From positions 6,262,001-6,326,000 of the forward strand of contig NC_134029.1 in the NCBI RefSeq assembly GCF_964204645.1: a stretch of 64,000 bases of DNA, in the 5' to 3' direction. The translations under genes were made by a program, and so were the position numbers. Below, one piece after another: positions 36,401-48,400 of this stretch. This DNA comes from Tubulanus polymorphus. Taxonomy: Eukaryota; Animalia; Nemertea. Position 1 is the first letter of the stretch. Every line of letters starts with the position of its first letter. Under the pieces are notes generated by a model that saw only the letters and a list, made by a program, of their open reading frames with translations, ran no database searches and was not told where the DNA came from.

Positions 36401-39400
36401 CCGCTGCCGCCGGCGGCAATGCGCCCGTAGTCGAACCGGCACCGATGGCGAACGGCTGCCTCGAACCGCCGCCGAAGGGATTCGATTTCACAAACGCGCA
36501 ACAAGTTCCTACCTTCACAGTGTTCAACAATATCAAAAATACAAGTAAGTGTAGATAATCACTTAATGAAAAAATATTTTCATTAATGTATTACATGTAT
36601 ATTTCAGTTCCGTTGTTTATGTTTATTTCAATTCGTTTATTTCTAAATTAATAACTAAAGACCCACACTGAACCGCTTAGATTGATCTTAAACTTAATTT
36701 TGAATGTACTGTTTTGACTGCCGATCTATCGTCCAGTAAATTCAGCTCGTAAATCATATACATGTATGTAAATTGACATTTTAAGAATTTGTATATCTTT
36801 TCTATGTTGGCTGTATTTGTTTTAGGTTCTGCAGGTTAACTACTGACCTGGAAAACCTGAAACATCTAGAAAAAATCAGGGAAAACTCAGGGATTTTGAC
36901 AAATTTTACCAAAAACCTGGGCCCGGTTTCATAGACTGACTATCAAAGTTTTCCCTAGGGGTAAATCCTCAATCTGCCACCATAGTATCAAAGAGAAACC
37001 ATGGTTATAACTGACATATTTCAAAATGTTCCCAGGGAATATTTTGCTTCCACATCTATGAAACCCAGCCCTGGAAAACTTTAGACAATGCTACTGACCA
37101 CATGAATGAATTGTAACATTTTTAACCTGGAAATATTTCTGATTCACTGGGGGAATTTTGTGTAATCACATGATGAGGTAAATAGAAATGAGGCAGAAAG
37201 TGGCCACCCTGTTCTGTTTCTCGAAAAACATAAAATCCGAATTTTCGAATCAATTTCATCTAGGATCTGATTTTAACTCATTTCACTTACGCACATGCAA
37301 ATAATCCAATTTCAAAATGAATTTGAAATTCATCTACATTATCAAGTGTGGTTTAGCATTTGCGTTTTTCTGTAAAACGATATCTCTACATTTTACGAAT
37401 GAAATAAACATCGACCGATCAATGTATTAGAAATGAAAACTGTTGCAGATACTGCCGCATTTCCTCGGCCGGTCGTTTTCGGCCATTTAGATCGTCCCCC
37501 GGCGCCGACGCCGATGCGTGCAAGTGAGTGATTCGTTATTTGTGAATCCGTCGTCGTCGTCGTGGTTGTCTTGCATACGTCGTAGTTTAGATCAAATTTC
37601 ACACCCGTTTTCTAGCACAGATTTGTGAAGTTTTTTAAACATGAAAATCCGATTTATTGATACGTGAAAGTTTGTATTCCGGCGCTGTTTTCCTCGGCCA
37701 CATTTATGTCGATACGCTTTGATTGAAACTCTTCTAACCCTTTAAAGTCCTGGACCCGGTTCCACAGGAGTTAGAGTTAACTCCGAGTTAAAATTAGTTC
37801 ATTTTCAATAATGAGTTAACTCAAGAGTTAAATCTTTACTCAGAAGTGTGGAACTGGGCCCTGATTACATTATTTTATGTCATTTGATTTTAATCGAATT
37901 GCTTTAGACAGTTTTTGAATGTTAGTTTACGATGTCTCAATTTACTTGAATTACATTTTACGTCATTTGATTATTCTCAGTATATCTTCTTGTCTCGTTT
38001 TAAGTCTAGGTTGTTTTTATTCCTTATTATGATTAGTGTAGCCTTTTCATCTTTTACCCGCGGAGTAAAAAGTATTCGTATTTTTTTGTTTGAACAGTTG
38101 ATGAAAAGAAAGGGCTACGAGTTGCCACCAAAGGACCAATGCATGTACCAAAACCAACTGATGAAAACCATAAACGCATTGATGATAGCCACTTATATAC
38201 AGGTATATACTCCTATAGCCATCTTACCCGTGTCTCATTTTTGCCGGATTATTTGAAGTTTTTCATTCTCTTCATGATAGAGTATGGTTCTCCGCCCAAG
38301 GCCGGAGTTAGCGGCAAACCCCCTCCTGGATCGCCAGTCCATCGCGGGGTTTCCAAACTGAGTCCGAAACAACGCGCCGAGAAACCGCAACCTCTGGCGG
38401 TCCCTCCGTCTGCTCCTCCACCATCAGAATTATCGGAGAAAGACAAGGAAATTCCACCGGAACTGCAAGGTGTCTCGGTGAAAGATCTCGTGAAAGCCTT
38501 AGGTGAGATATTAACTAATTCATTTCATTCATTTCAACGGAAAGTTACCAGCGACTAGCTGCTGATTTTAGAATGATCTGGCAACAGGTTTTTGAGACTC
38601 TGATTGCGGTTGAGGGAGAGCTTTCATTTACCACTTCCTTATACACCACCGAACTTACCAGAAATGAAGCTATATCAGCCATATTGAACATCCTCACATA
38701 CGAAATGTGTTTTGTAGAAGGCCGTTAGACTTAAGCTTTTTGTAATGATGTATATATATCGTTAGAATTGCACTATAATACACCTTAAGGTGAAATGATG
38801 AATAAGTATTGTTTCGTTGTTGTGTTCTATGCGAAGTTTTGATATAGAAATACATGAAAACGCAGGCATACGTGCATAGTACGCGTAGAATAGGACTTTC
38901 CGTGGCACTGTCGCGTTGCCAAACTTTTATTTCGATTGGTACAAACTTTTGTTCACACGGTTACAAATAAAATAACTAACATGGCATATTTTTTCCATTC
39001 CTCTTGAAGGACTATTCAAGTGTGGATGTGAGTTGCAATTACGTTTTATTATTTGGCTGGAAAATTATGTGCTGCCTCGTTTTTACTGCCGCCCTCAATT
39101 CAGTTGCTACTCATATTCTTTTCATATTTCGGTTTTTACGGCTCCTTATTTGCTTAAAATGAATATTTACGTATTCATTTTTCGATTGGGTACGCAAAAA
39201 AATGGTCAAAATGAGTTATTCAGATTGTACTCGCACTTTCTCATTTCATTCAAGGAAATTTTCTAGAAATCTATGTCATGACACATGATTGTAAAACGAA
39301 TAGTTTCAAAGCCAGCGAACTGAAATTGATAAAACGTGTTTCTATTCTAAAATCGGCAAAATAGTTCGATGATTCAAATAGGAATCTATTGAAAATAATA

Positions 39401-42400
39401 TACACGCTACAAAGAATTGTGATAATGATTATTTGAAGCTATGGGATTTTTTGCATGGATTGTTGCTTATGAATTGCTTTGTGTCACGTTTTCATTTCTT
39501 CGGTTTTTAAGTTGTGTTGATTTTTTTCATACCATGCCCCGGTCGGTGATTATTGCAGGCAAAGCGCGCCCGGAGAAAACTCCGACGAGCAGTCCACCGT
39601 CGCCACAACCATCTCATCGGCAACAACAACAACAACTACCGGCGCCACCTCCTTCGCGTAGTCCGGAGAAAACACACCACAAACCGTGGGAGCGTTTTCT
39701 TTCCCCGGAGCGAAAAGCTGCTACTCAGCAGCAGGTTAAACCTCGTCATCCCTCCGAGTTACGAGGGCTGTCCGTGCGCGATTTAATTAAAGTGATAGGT
39801 AAGATATAGGATTCACCTGTGCATGCTGCTGCTGCTGCTACTATAGCTATGTCGTCGTCGTCGTCGTGTTTTTTTGTTTTGTTTTTGTGTCGTGTAAAGC
39901 AGCTATCTTTCATTATGTATGTTGTCGTGTTTCGTTTCGATTATATTTTATCGAATGTTGTTCGTGTAGATATAGTGAATGCCTTGTGTAGTGTATAATA
40001 GTTGATCCTACGTAAGCCGAAGATATTTTGGTAGATTGCTTTTCCACGGGTTATGTTTCACAAAACCCATGAAGTTTTTTCAGCTCAATTCGGTCGATTT
40101 GTTAAAAGAAGTTTTTAACGGAAGGTTAAATTTTGTGAAACTGGTCCCTTGGCGTATGTTGTTCTCCTGAATTTTGGCTCAATCGGTTCTTGGCTGGGTT
40201 TTCTATTCTTAGCCGGGTTTTCTACACTTAGATATGTCCTTCCATTAGCAGATCTTCTCTTTTTTCACTATATTTCATATTAACGTCATAAGTTTCTCGA
40301 AAATTTTTTTTTATCTTTGCGTGTTTGTGTCATGTGTCATATCATTAACGAAAGTCCTCTGAGGTACTGTATTATTGCGCAAGAAATAGGAACATTTATA
40401 TATACGTAGTTATGAATTACCATTTAGTAAGGTACAATTTAACTGGTATGTTCACCTGATGAAAGGGAATTTTCTGCAGGTCGCATGTGTTTATGTAACG
40501 TTGTCGACTCTCAGGGAAGATTGATGCCTCTATAAATCCCCTACCAGATCAGGAAGTGATATCGATTAGGGGCTTACCGGAGATCGCTGTATCTTTTCTG
40601 GGAAGGTCTACGTAAACACTAACCGGATTAATCACAAGTTTGTAGCAGCCGATTATCGCGCAAAGCGTTATCATGTTTACGAAGCTTATTTCATAACGGG
40701 TTGATTTGAAGTAAAGATTTCAACCTGATGATGGATTCTGTCGTGACAAAATGAAACCCTGCCATCATTGCCGCCAGGGCTTATTATGATATGATAATAA
40801 GCCAATTTAAAATCTAATTTTGAGCTAATATACATCTAATTCAGGGTGGCCACTGACCTGCAAAGCCTGGAAAATCAGAAAAATCTAGAAAAAAATTCAC
40901 GGAAAACTCTTGGATATGTTTTTGACCATATGTTTCTTTATCACTTTGTGACCTTTCATAAGAAATGAATGAATTGTAACATTTTAAAGAAGAAATTCTC
41001 GAATTCACTCAGGGAATTTTCTGCTATAACATAGAAAACTGGGGGAATTTGTAAATAGGCGGAGAGTGGCTACCCTGTAATCGGGTATGCAAGCTTTTGC
41101 GCGAATAGCTGCACATGCAGTTCACTATGGCACGGGTTCGTATTGGACAGTCTTACGATGTCATCAGTTTCAAATCCTTGCTCGGTTGAATGAACCAAAT
41201 ACAAATGATTCCCCCGAACCCGCAACTATGTGAAATCAATACTAGTCCGTATGATTAAAGCATGCGTCTAGTCGTTTAGTTTGATGTGAAGTTATTTTTG
41301 TTTATCGTATACAGGTGAAAGTAGAGCGAATGGAAACGGAGTGACTCCACCTCGCACTCCTCCCGGCACGCCAAAGAAAACATCTTCACGCAGTTCTAGT
41401 CCCATGCCTGCTGCAGGTTATTACTAACTTTTCTAAACGTATATTTCATCATATCATCGCCGTGGCTAATTGATGTGCGCTCTTCATCGTTCGAATTCTA
41501 GTCTCGAAGAAAATTCAAATTGTACTCTTCTATTCTTCGATCGAAATTTTAATCTGTGACTGAACTGTTTGCTAGCATGTATAACCATTCCTAATCTGAG
41601 AAAAATATTCGATGCATGCAAAATATTGTGCATGGTCTGTTCAGTTTCTATCATTATCGTATTGGACAAGTATTAATTATTGCATGGTAGATCTCAATAA
41701 ATTCCCCATGAAAAATTCATTGAAATTCATTTTTTCACGAGAAATAATCTGGATTCATCTGAAATTTTGTTCTCATTTTTTTAGGGTCTACGAGAAAAGA
41801 AAGCAAAGTCTCTAGTCCATTACCTTCTACCTCACCACGGAAGGAGCCTCTTCATCTGACCGATTCTTGTAAAGCGGCGGCCGGTAGTTTTTACACGCCC
41901 CCGCAGACACCTCCCATGCCGCGAGCTTCTCCACCAGCCAGTTCGCGGTATAGTTCACCATCGCGCAGTGCTAGCAGTGGTGCTAACAGTCCTCAAAGGA
42001 GTGGCAGTCCTTTAGGTCCTCGCCCCGTGGGGCTGGCCGCGTCGAAAGTCGCTGTGCCGGTGGCTACTCAAACCAGTCAAGAAGCAATCAAAAGTCATTT
42101 CAGTATCGGTGCCTCGCCACCTAAAGATGATTCAACTATAAGGTTAGTGCGCTTTCTGTAACCAACGAATCATTCCCATCAAATGGAAATTGATTGAAAT
42201 TGAAAAGCTATTTAACATCCAACAAATTCAATTAATACATATCTGATCCATATTCAGAGCTGCCAACTGTTCCTAATTTTTAGTACCCTGGTATTTGTTA
42301 TCATTCTATAACACGAAATACTGGTTTGATTTGATTGATGCATACTGAAATATGAAAGATGTTACTGAGGGTCTTACTGTTGATAACTGATTGATTTGAA

Positions 42401-45400
42401 CATTTTCTCTCATATTTCAATGAGATGTTTCTGAAAAAAGTTAAATTTGTCACTGATAGCACTTTTCAGTCCTGCATATTGACATGAATGTTGCCCATGC
42501 GCACCTTAACTAAAACAGAGATTTCAAAAACAATTTCAGATTGTCACCGAAGGCGGGTAGAAAAGAGAGAAGTCGCCAGTTGCGTTCAAAAAGGGAACGA
42601 GCAGCTTCGCCGGTATCGAAAGAAAAACCGAGTTCTAGTCATTCGAGCAGATCGAGCACGCTGGAACGTAAAGATAAAGTGGTCGTCGTGAAGGAGGCTC
42701 TGTCTCCGTCTGTCGCTGAGTGTTTGCGCGCCGTTTTCGCCGCGTTCCTTTGGCACGAAGGTATCGTTCACGACGCCATGGCGTGCGCGTCATTCCTGAA
42801 GTTTCACCCGAATCTGACGAAAGAGCTGAAAGACAAACAAAAAACGCCGAAAAGCACGCCGTCGAAAGAACAGCCGCCTAAATCCAACCGACATTCGGTC
42901 GAAGTTACGATGGTCGACGGTGCGAGCGGTGGCGATCCGGAACCTTCGGTGTCCGGCGCGGTGAATCGTAATTTCAATAAGAACCAGTGCATTATCAATT
43001 CGCGGCATGAAATGAAAATGCGCGATCGGCACATATCGGAAGGCGAAGGTTTCACGATGGAAACAAGCGAAACGTTCACCCTCGAGCCGGACGAGGAGTC
43101 CGACTTGCCGCCGACTCTTCAGCACCTCGTGTATTTCTGGGAACAGCTATCGACGGTCACGTTGAAAGTGATCGACCAGAATCTGATCGTGCCGGCACGC
43201 GGCAAGCGGGTCGATCGCAAGGAGAAAGAGAAGGAGAAATGCGACAAGAGCAAAAAGGATAAGAAAGCGACGAAGAAAGACGCGAAGGTCGGCGGAGGTC
43301 GAGGTGGGAATTTATTCGGAGAAGCGGCTGGAGGGGTCGATGGTAGAGGTGATAGGGAATCGGTGTGTGAACTGTGCGGAGGTGTCTTCCCATATCCGGT
43401 CACATATCACATGAGACAGGCGCACCCGGGGTGCGGTCAAAACGCCGGCGGTCAGGGTTATAACAGCGCTGGGCATTTCTGCGGTGGATGGGCCGGCAAT
43501 TGCGGCGACGGCGGTATTGGTGGCAGCAGTTGGTACCTGATTTGCAATCGATGCCGCGAGAAATATCTGAAAGACAAACGCCAAGCGTTGAAAGAGAAGG
43601 CGAAGAAGACGAAGAAGAAATCGCTACCGATTCGACAGCCGAGTATCGTACCACCATTAGAGCCTCATTTGATCATGAAAAGCAACGCGATGTTTCTGAT
43701 GGATTTGGCCAGCGCCGCCGGCTTGACGCTGCCGAATCACGTGCAGCGAAAACAGACCGCCGCCGGCAACCAGTGTCAAGGTCAAATGGACACGAGTCTG
43801 CCAAGCGTGAACGAGGACGTCGCAATGGACCAGAATCCGTTCCCGCCGGTGCCGTTTCTGTATCTGTGCTTGAAAAATTCCCAAGGCGCCGACACGGCGT
43901 TCGCCGAGGAGGTAATTTACGACGAGGAGGGTTTACCGATCGGCAAGGTCGAGTCGCCAGTCGAAGGCTACGCCCCAGCTCGTTTGTGCATGGACACTAA
44001 ACATAGAATCGTGCGTTGCGGCTCAGCCGGTCAGGAACGTAATGGAATATATATGTCTCATATCAGTCCTCAGGTGAATAGATCAATATATAATAAGCAA
44101 AACCCATTTAACAATTTATGATTTAACAATTTCTTCCAACGTTTTTGAAGTTTTATTTCTGTGATGACGAAGTTTAGTCAAATTTGGAAACTATCAGAAA
44201 GAATGGGGTACCGGCAGTGCTACTGTGGCAATCGAGGATTCCACTCATGGCAGGCGAGGATCCGCCAGGTTCGCTAGTAGATAGTTGGTCGTCCACGTTC
44301 GATTTCCTTCTACATTTCAATTAAATCTGAATGAACTTTTCTCTTAAATGAATCAATTATCTATGAAAAATATATCGATATCTGATTAGAAGAATGAAAG
44401 TATTTCATATTCGGTGAGTCCTGTGATAGTAATAACCTCCTGCTCGTGGCGCCATCTAACGGGATAGCTGGTTTTGCGGGCACCCCATTGTTGAATCATC
44501 AACTGTGGGTTTTGCTTATTAACTCTGAATACCGAGACCAACATCAGTTTACCAGTCAAAGATATAGTGTAAAGTGTAAAGAATTCCGATTTAGTCGTAT
44601 TAGTGAATTACACTATCGGTTACAATTTGAATCATAGGAAAAAGCTCGAGCCGAATTGAAGTTTTCAGTTTTCAAAAATTAATTTTCTTGATTGAATTTT
44701 AGGATGAGATGTCATCTAGTCAGCCAGCTACGGCTGGTAAAGTATCACGTAGTGCTCAAGCGAGTCCAGACTCTGACCTCGACACGAATAGACGCACGTT
44801 TTTCCAGCGCAGTATATCGGAGATCGCTTCCGATCACATCGCCGGCGGCAACAGCACGGAGATCGTCACGGTTACGAACAGAGTAGCGGTTCGCAGACGG
44901 AATAACAGCGGAGGGGTTTCTGGTGAGTCAATGTTTATCGGATCATCATCGAATACTGTAGGAGATTTCTTGGGAATTCTCTATTATGTCACTGTGTCCT
45001 CTTAGCACGACACTGCCTGCAGTTCTCAATAGATTTCCCTGAAACAGGGTGGCCACTTGCCTGGAAAACTTAGAAAACTTAGAGAATCCAAAAAATCAGG
45101 GAAAACACAGGGAATTAGACATATTTTCTTAAACGATATTGATCTGTTATTTCGGTCATTGCCCCAAAATGAGTTTTTAAGTGTCGATCGCGAAGCTCGG
45201 ACTAGTTCTTGAATGTATCATGGATAAAAGAATGGCATACTTCCTACTTAAATTTTTAGACGGTGGAATGTCTTTGATCAAACATCCGTCAGCGGCGATG
45301 TCGAAATTGATTAATTCTGTCGAAACTTCGCCGTCGAAGGGAAGCGAGAAATCGTTGAAACGTCCTGTGATGTCATTCATAATGCAACGCCATGACCTCG

Positions 45401-48400
45401 ATAGTTTACAGATCGCGATGAGACAAGCGTTACGCAAGGCAGCATGTAGGATCTATGCATTTCAAGTAGGTTTTGATTCCGTTCTACATAAATGTGTTTT
45501 GCAGAACCTTGAATACTCTTACAAATAGTTGCCTATATCATGTAAAGGATGAGGGTCCAGTTTCATGAAAATGTTTTAAGCTTGAAATGGTTTAGTTTGA
45601 ATTGTTGTCCTCATCGAAAACATTAAGTAACCAAAAGTTTGAGTTCAACTTTTTCATGAACATGGACCCATGGCCAAGTTGCATACCAGTAGTTTGGTCT
45701 TACGTTTGAAAATGACCTTGATTTAGTCTTTAGTTGTTAGATTAGCCATAAAATTAAAATTGTCCTAGACTGGTTTTATACCATAGCTTTGACTAAGCGA
45801 CTTGGCCTCGGTGTTAATTGCGAATATTTACTCTAAATTGTTTTTGAAAAACTGTAGGCTTTGAACTGGTTGTTACGCAGTGTTTCACAAACAACAAGTC
45901 TTCATGATTTATTGTGGTTTTTCGTCTCGTCGTTGCTGTCTCCGCCGTTAGAGGAAGAGGAGGATGATCCGAACGATGAGAAGAAAGTGAAACGAGATCG
46001 TAGGGACCACGAACAGGTTTGTACAGAATAACTCCATCATAACCCCCTAAACTGGTCGACCTTCCTGTCTTGAAGCAATTATCTCATGTAAGAATACGGA
46101 ACTGGATAGATGAGCTCTATGTAGGAACAGTTGCATTACTTATGGGATATGTTTGATATAAGAGGGATCTTGAATTTCTGTTTGATGTTTTAAAGGAGAA
46201 GGATCGCGTTTGTGAACATCCTATGGATGATATAACCATCGCTGGCGATGCTGCTCTACCACTGCTTACAGCATTTCATACATTCCTACAAACTGTCTCC
46301 GACGTCATGATGTATTTACCTGCGAATACTCCCTTACAGGTATGTGTCTGATCGATTATACCAGGGTTTATTGTCTGCTTCTGTTTCTGTTTAATGCGTC
46401 ATTGCATCCAAATGTGGAATATATGCAACGGGAGAGAGAGATGAATAAATGTTAGACGATGGCCTGTGTAGCATAGAGGGTGGTTAGAAAAACCTCTTGA
46501 GTCTGTTGATTGACTAAGTTGTCGCTGAGGTGATTCCAGTCGCCTGTTGAGTGCAGAAACAGATGGGTTCAAATAACCAGGAAAAGTTTTTCGATCTTAT
46601 GTTTATTTACATGGAACTGTCATGATTATGGAATGTTCCCTGAGGGTAATGTTATATTGCCTGTCTATAAAACCTTCGAGGTTGATACAAATAGAATAAT
46701 TTTGTGCGATGAGCATTTTAGAAAATCCTCCAAATTGAATTCAAAGAAAATTGACTTGAATTTATACAATCACACCTTATTTTGTATTTGTCTCGTAGCA
46801 AATGGCTGTTCGATGCTGGTATCTGAAATTCCGACAATCGGATCACTTGTTTCTGCACAAGAGCCACGTTTTCAGTAATATCAGCAAAATATTATCGAAG
46901 TCCGATGAAGAAAACGAAGAACCAATTACAATAACTGACACTGGAGAGGTAAGAAATTATTGAAACATTCAAATCGGAAAAGTTCTGGAAATCTGGTTCA
47001 GACTCAATTCATCATTCTAAAATTAGCCTACATATTATAGGCCTTACTCTGGTACTTCAGCTTCCAGATTCATAAACTGGGTATTGGCTTTTATGGAAGA
47101 GAATGAATTCACAATGATGTCAGTTTACTATGTTTTGATTTTCAGTTGACATCTGTGATTGAAGTACTGAAAGATATAACTCACAGTGCTGATCTCAAAG
47201 CTTCTAGTCGCCAGGCTATGATTAATAGCTTAACAGGTAGAGTCCACTCTCAAATAGCAGCTACCAGTTATTTGAATGCCTTTCCAAGCAGCCATTTTAA
47301 CCGAAAGTGAGAAACAAAACCACTAATATTGATCTTATGAAGGAACAACCGAGATTTCCAATCATTTACTTCAATTCTGTAAATTCTACTGAACACCTAA
47401 CTATATCTGTACATGTGCCTCAATTTTCTGATTTCAAAATAAAAACCTATATTCCTCCCCCCAGGTATTGTGGGTATGTAGGGACAATCCCTATCTTCAG
47501 ATATGAAAATGCATATTTTTGGTACCTACTTGTAAAATCTGTTCACATTCCATTGAAACTCAAGCTGGCTGTTAGCTGATCTGTACTGTAGTCGGTAATG
47601 TATGGCAATTCTATTCTTTGACCTTCAGATAATTCAACTGAGACATTCTGGGAGAGTGGGGACGAAGACCGTAACAAAGCGAAAACCATAACGATAACAT
47701 GCATTCAACAAGCTAATCCATCTATCATCTATGTGCATATCGATAACACCAGAGATTTAGGGGTAAGTTCTGAAAGTGGTAGATCGAGAAGCTGGTAAAT
47801 ACACTTAAGGGGTTAGAAAATATCTATCTGCTTTGTTTGTTTCTAGAACAAGGTATCGGTTGTAATATTCAGCGCTGGTTCGGGGCCAGATGATTTAAAA
47901 CGCGTGAAACAGGTCGACGTACTGTCTCGACATGTCGGCTGGGTTCGCTGTAGTCTACCCGATAATTCGCGAGTCATCAAACTCGAGATGCGAGGACCGG
48001 ATAACAATTTACGATTGCGTCAAATCAAACTACTCGGCGGAATGGAAGGCGAACAACTGATATTGAGTGGCCTGCCGTCATCGTCGGTTATTCAACAGAG
48101 AAACTGTGAATCTGAGACTCTGAAAGTTTTCCGTTTGCTCACTTCGCAAGTAAGTACATTGTATTCTGATTATCTGTACTGGTCGTTGAATCCCATTCAG
48201 GCGCGTTGGAAGCAATTTTTGATTTCCGCCGCCAATTACCGATTTTTGACAGGTTCTAATAATATTGCTGCAGCGAATTTACATCTATTTCGTCTAAAAC
48301 ATAGTATAGAAAGAAAAAAAGGAAACCGTCATTCAATAAATTATTGCTGTGCCTTACGGTTCCAATGCCACTGCTATTTCTCAGCTTTGGTGTCGTTTTC

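Noticed and set aside
42586-44000. Many overlapping antisense and alternative-frame ORFs
   Set aside because: These are by-products of the GC-rich 1.5-kb MYCBP2 exon and show no independent homology.
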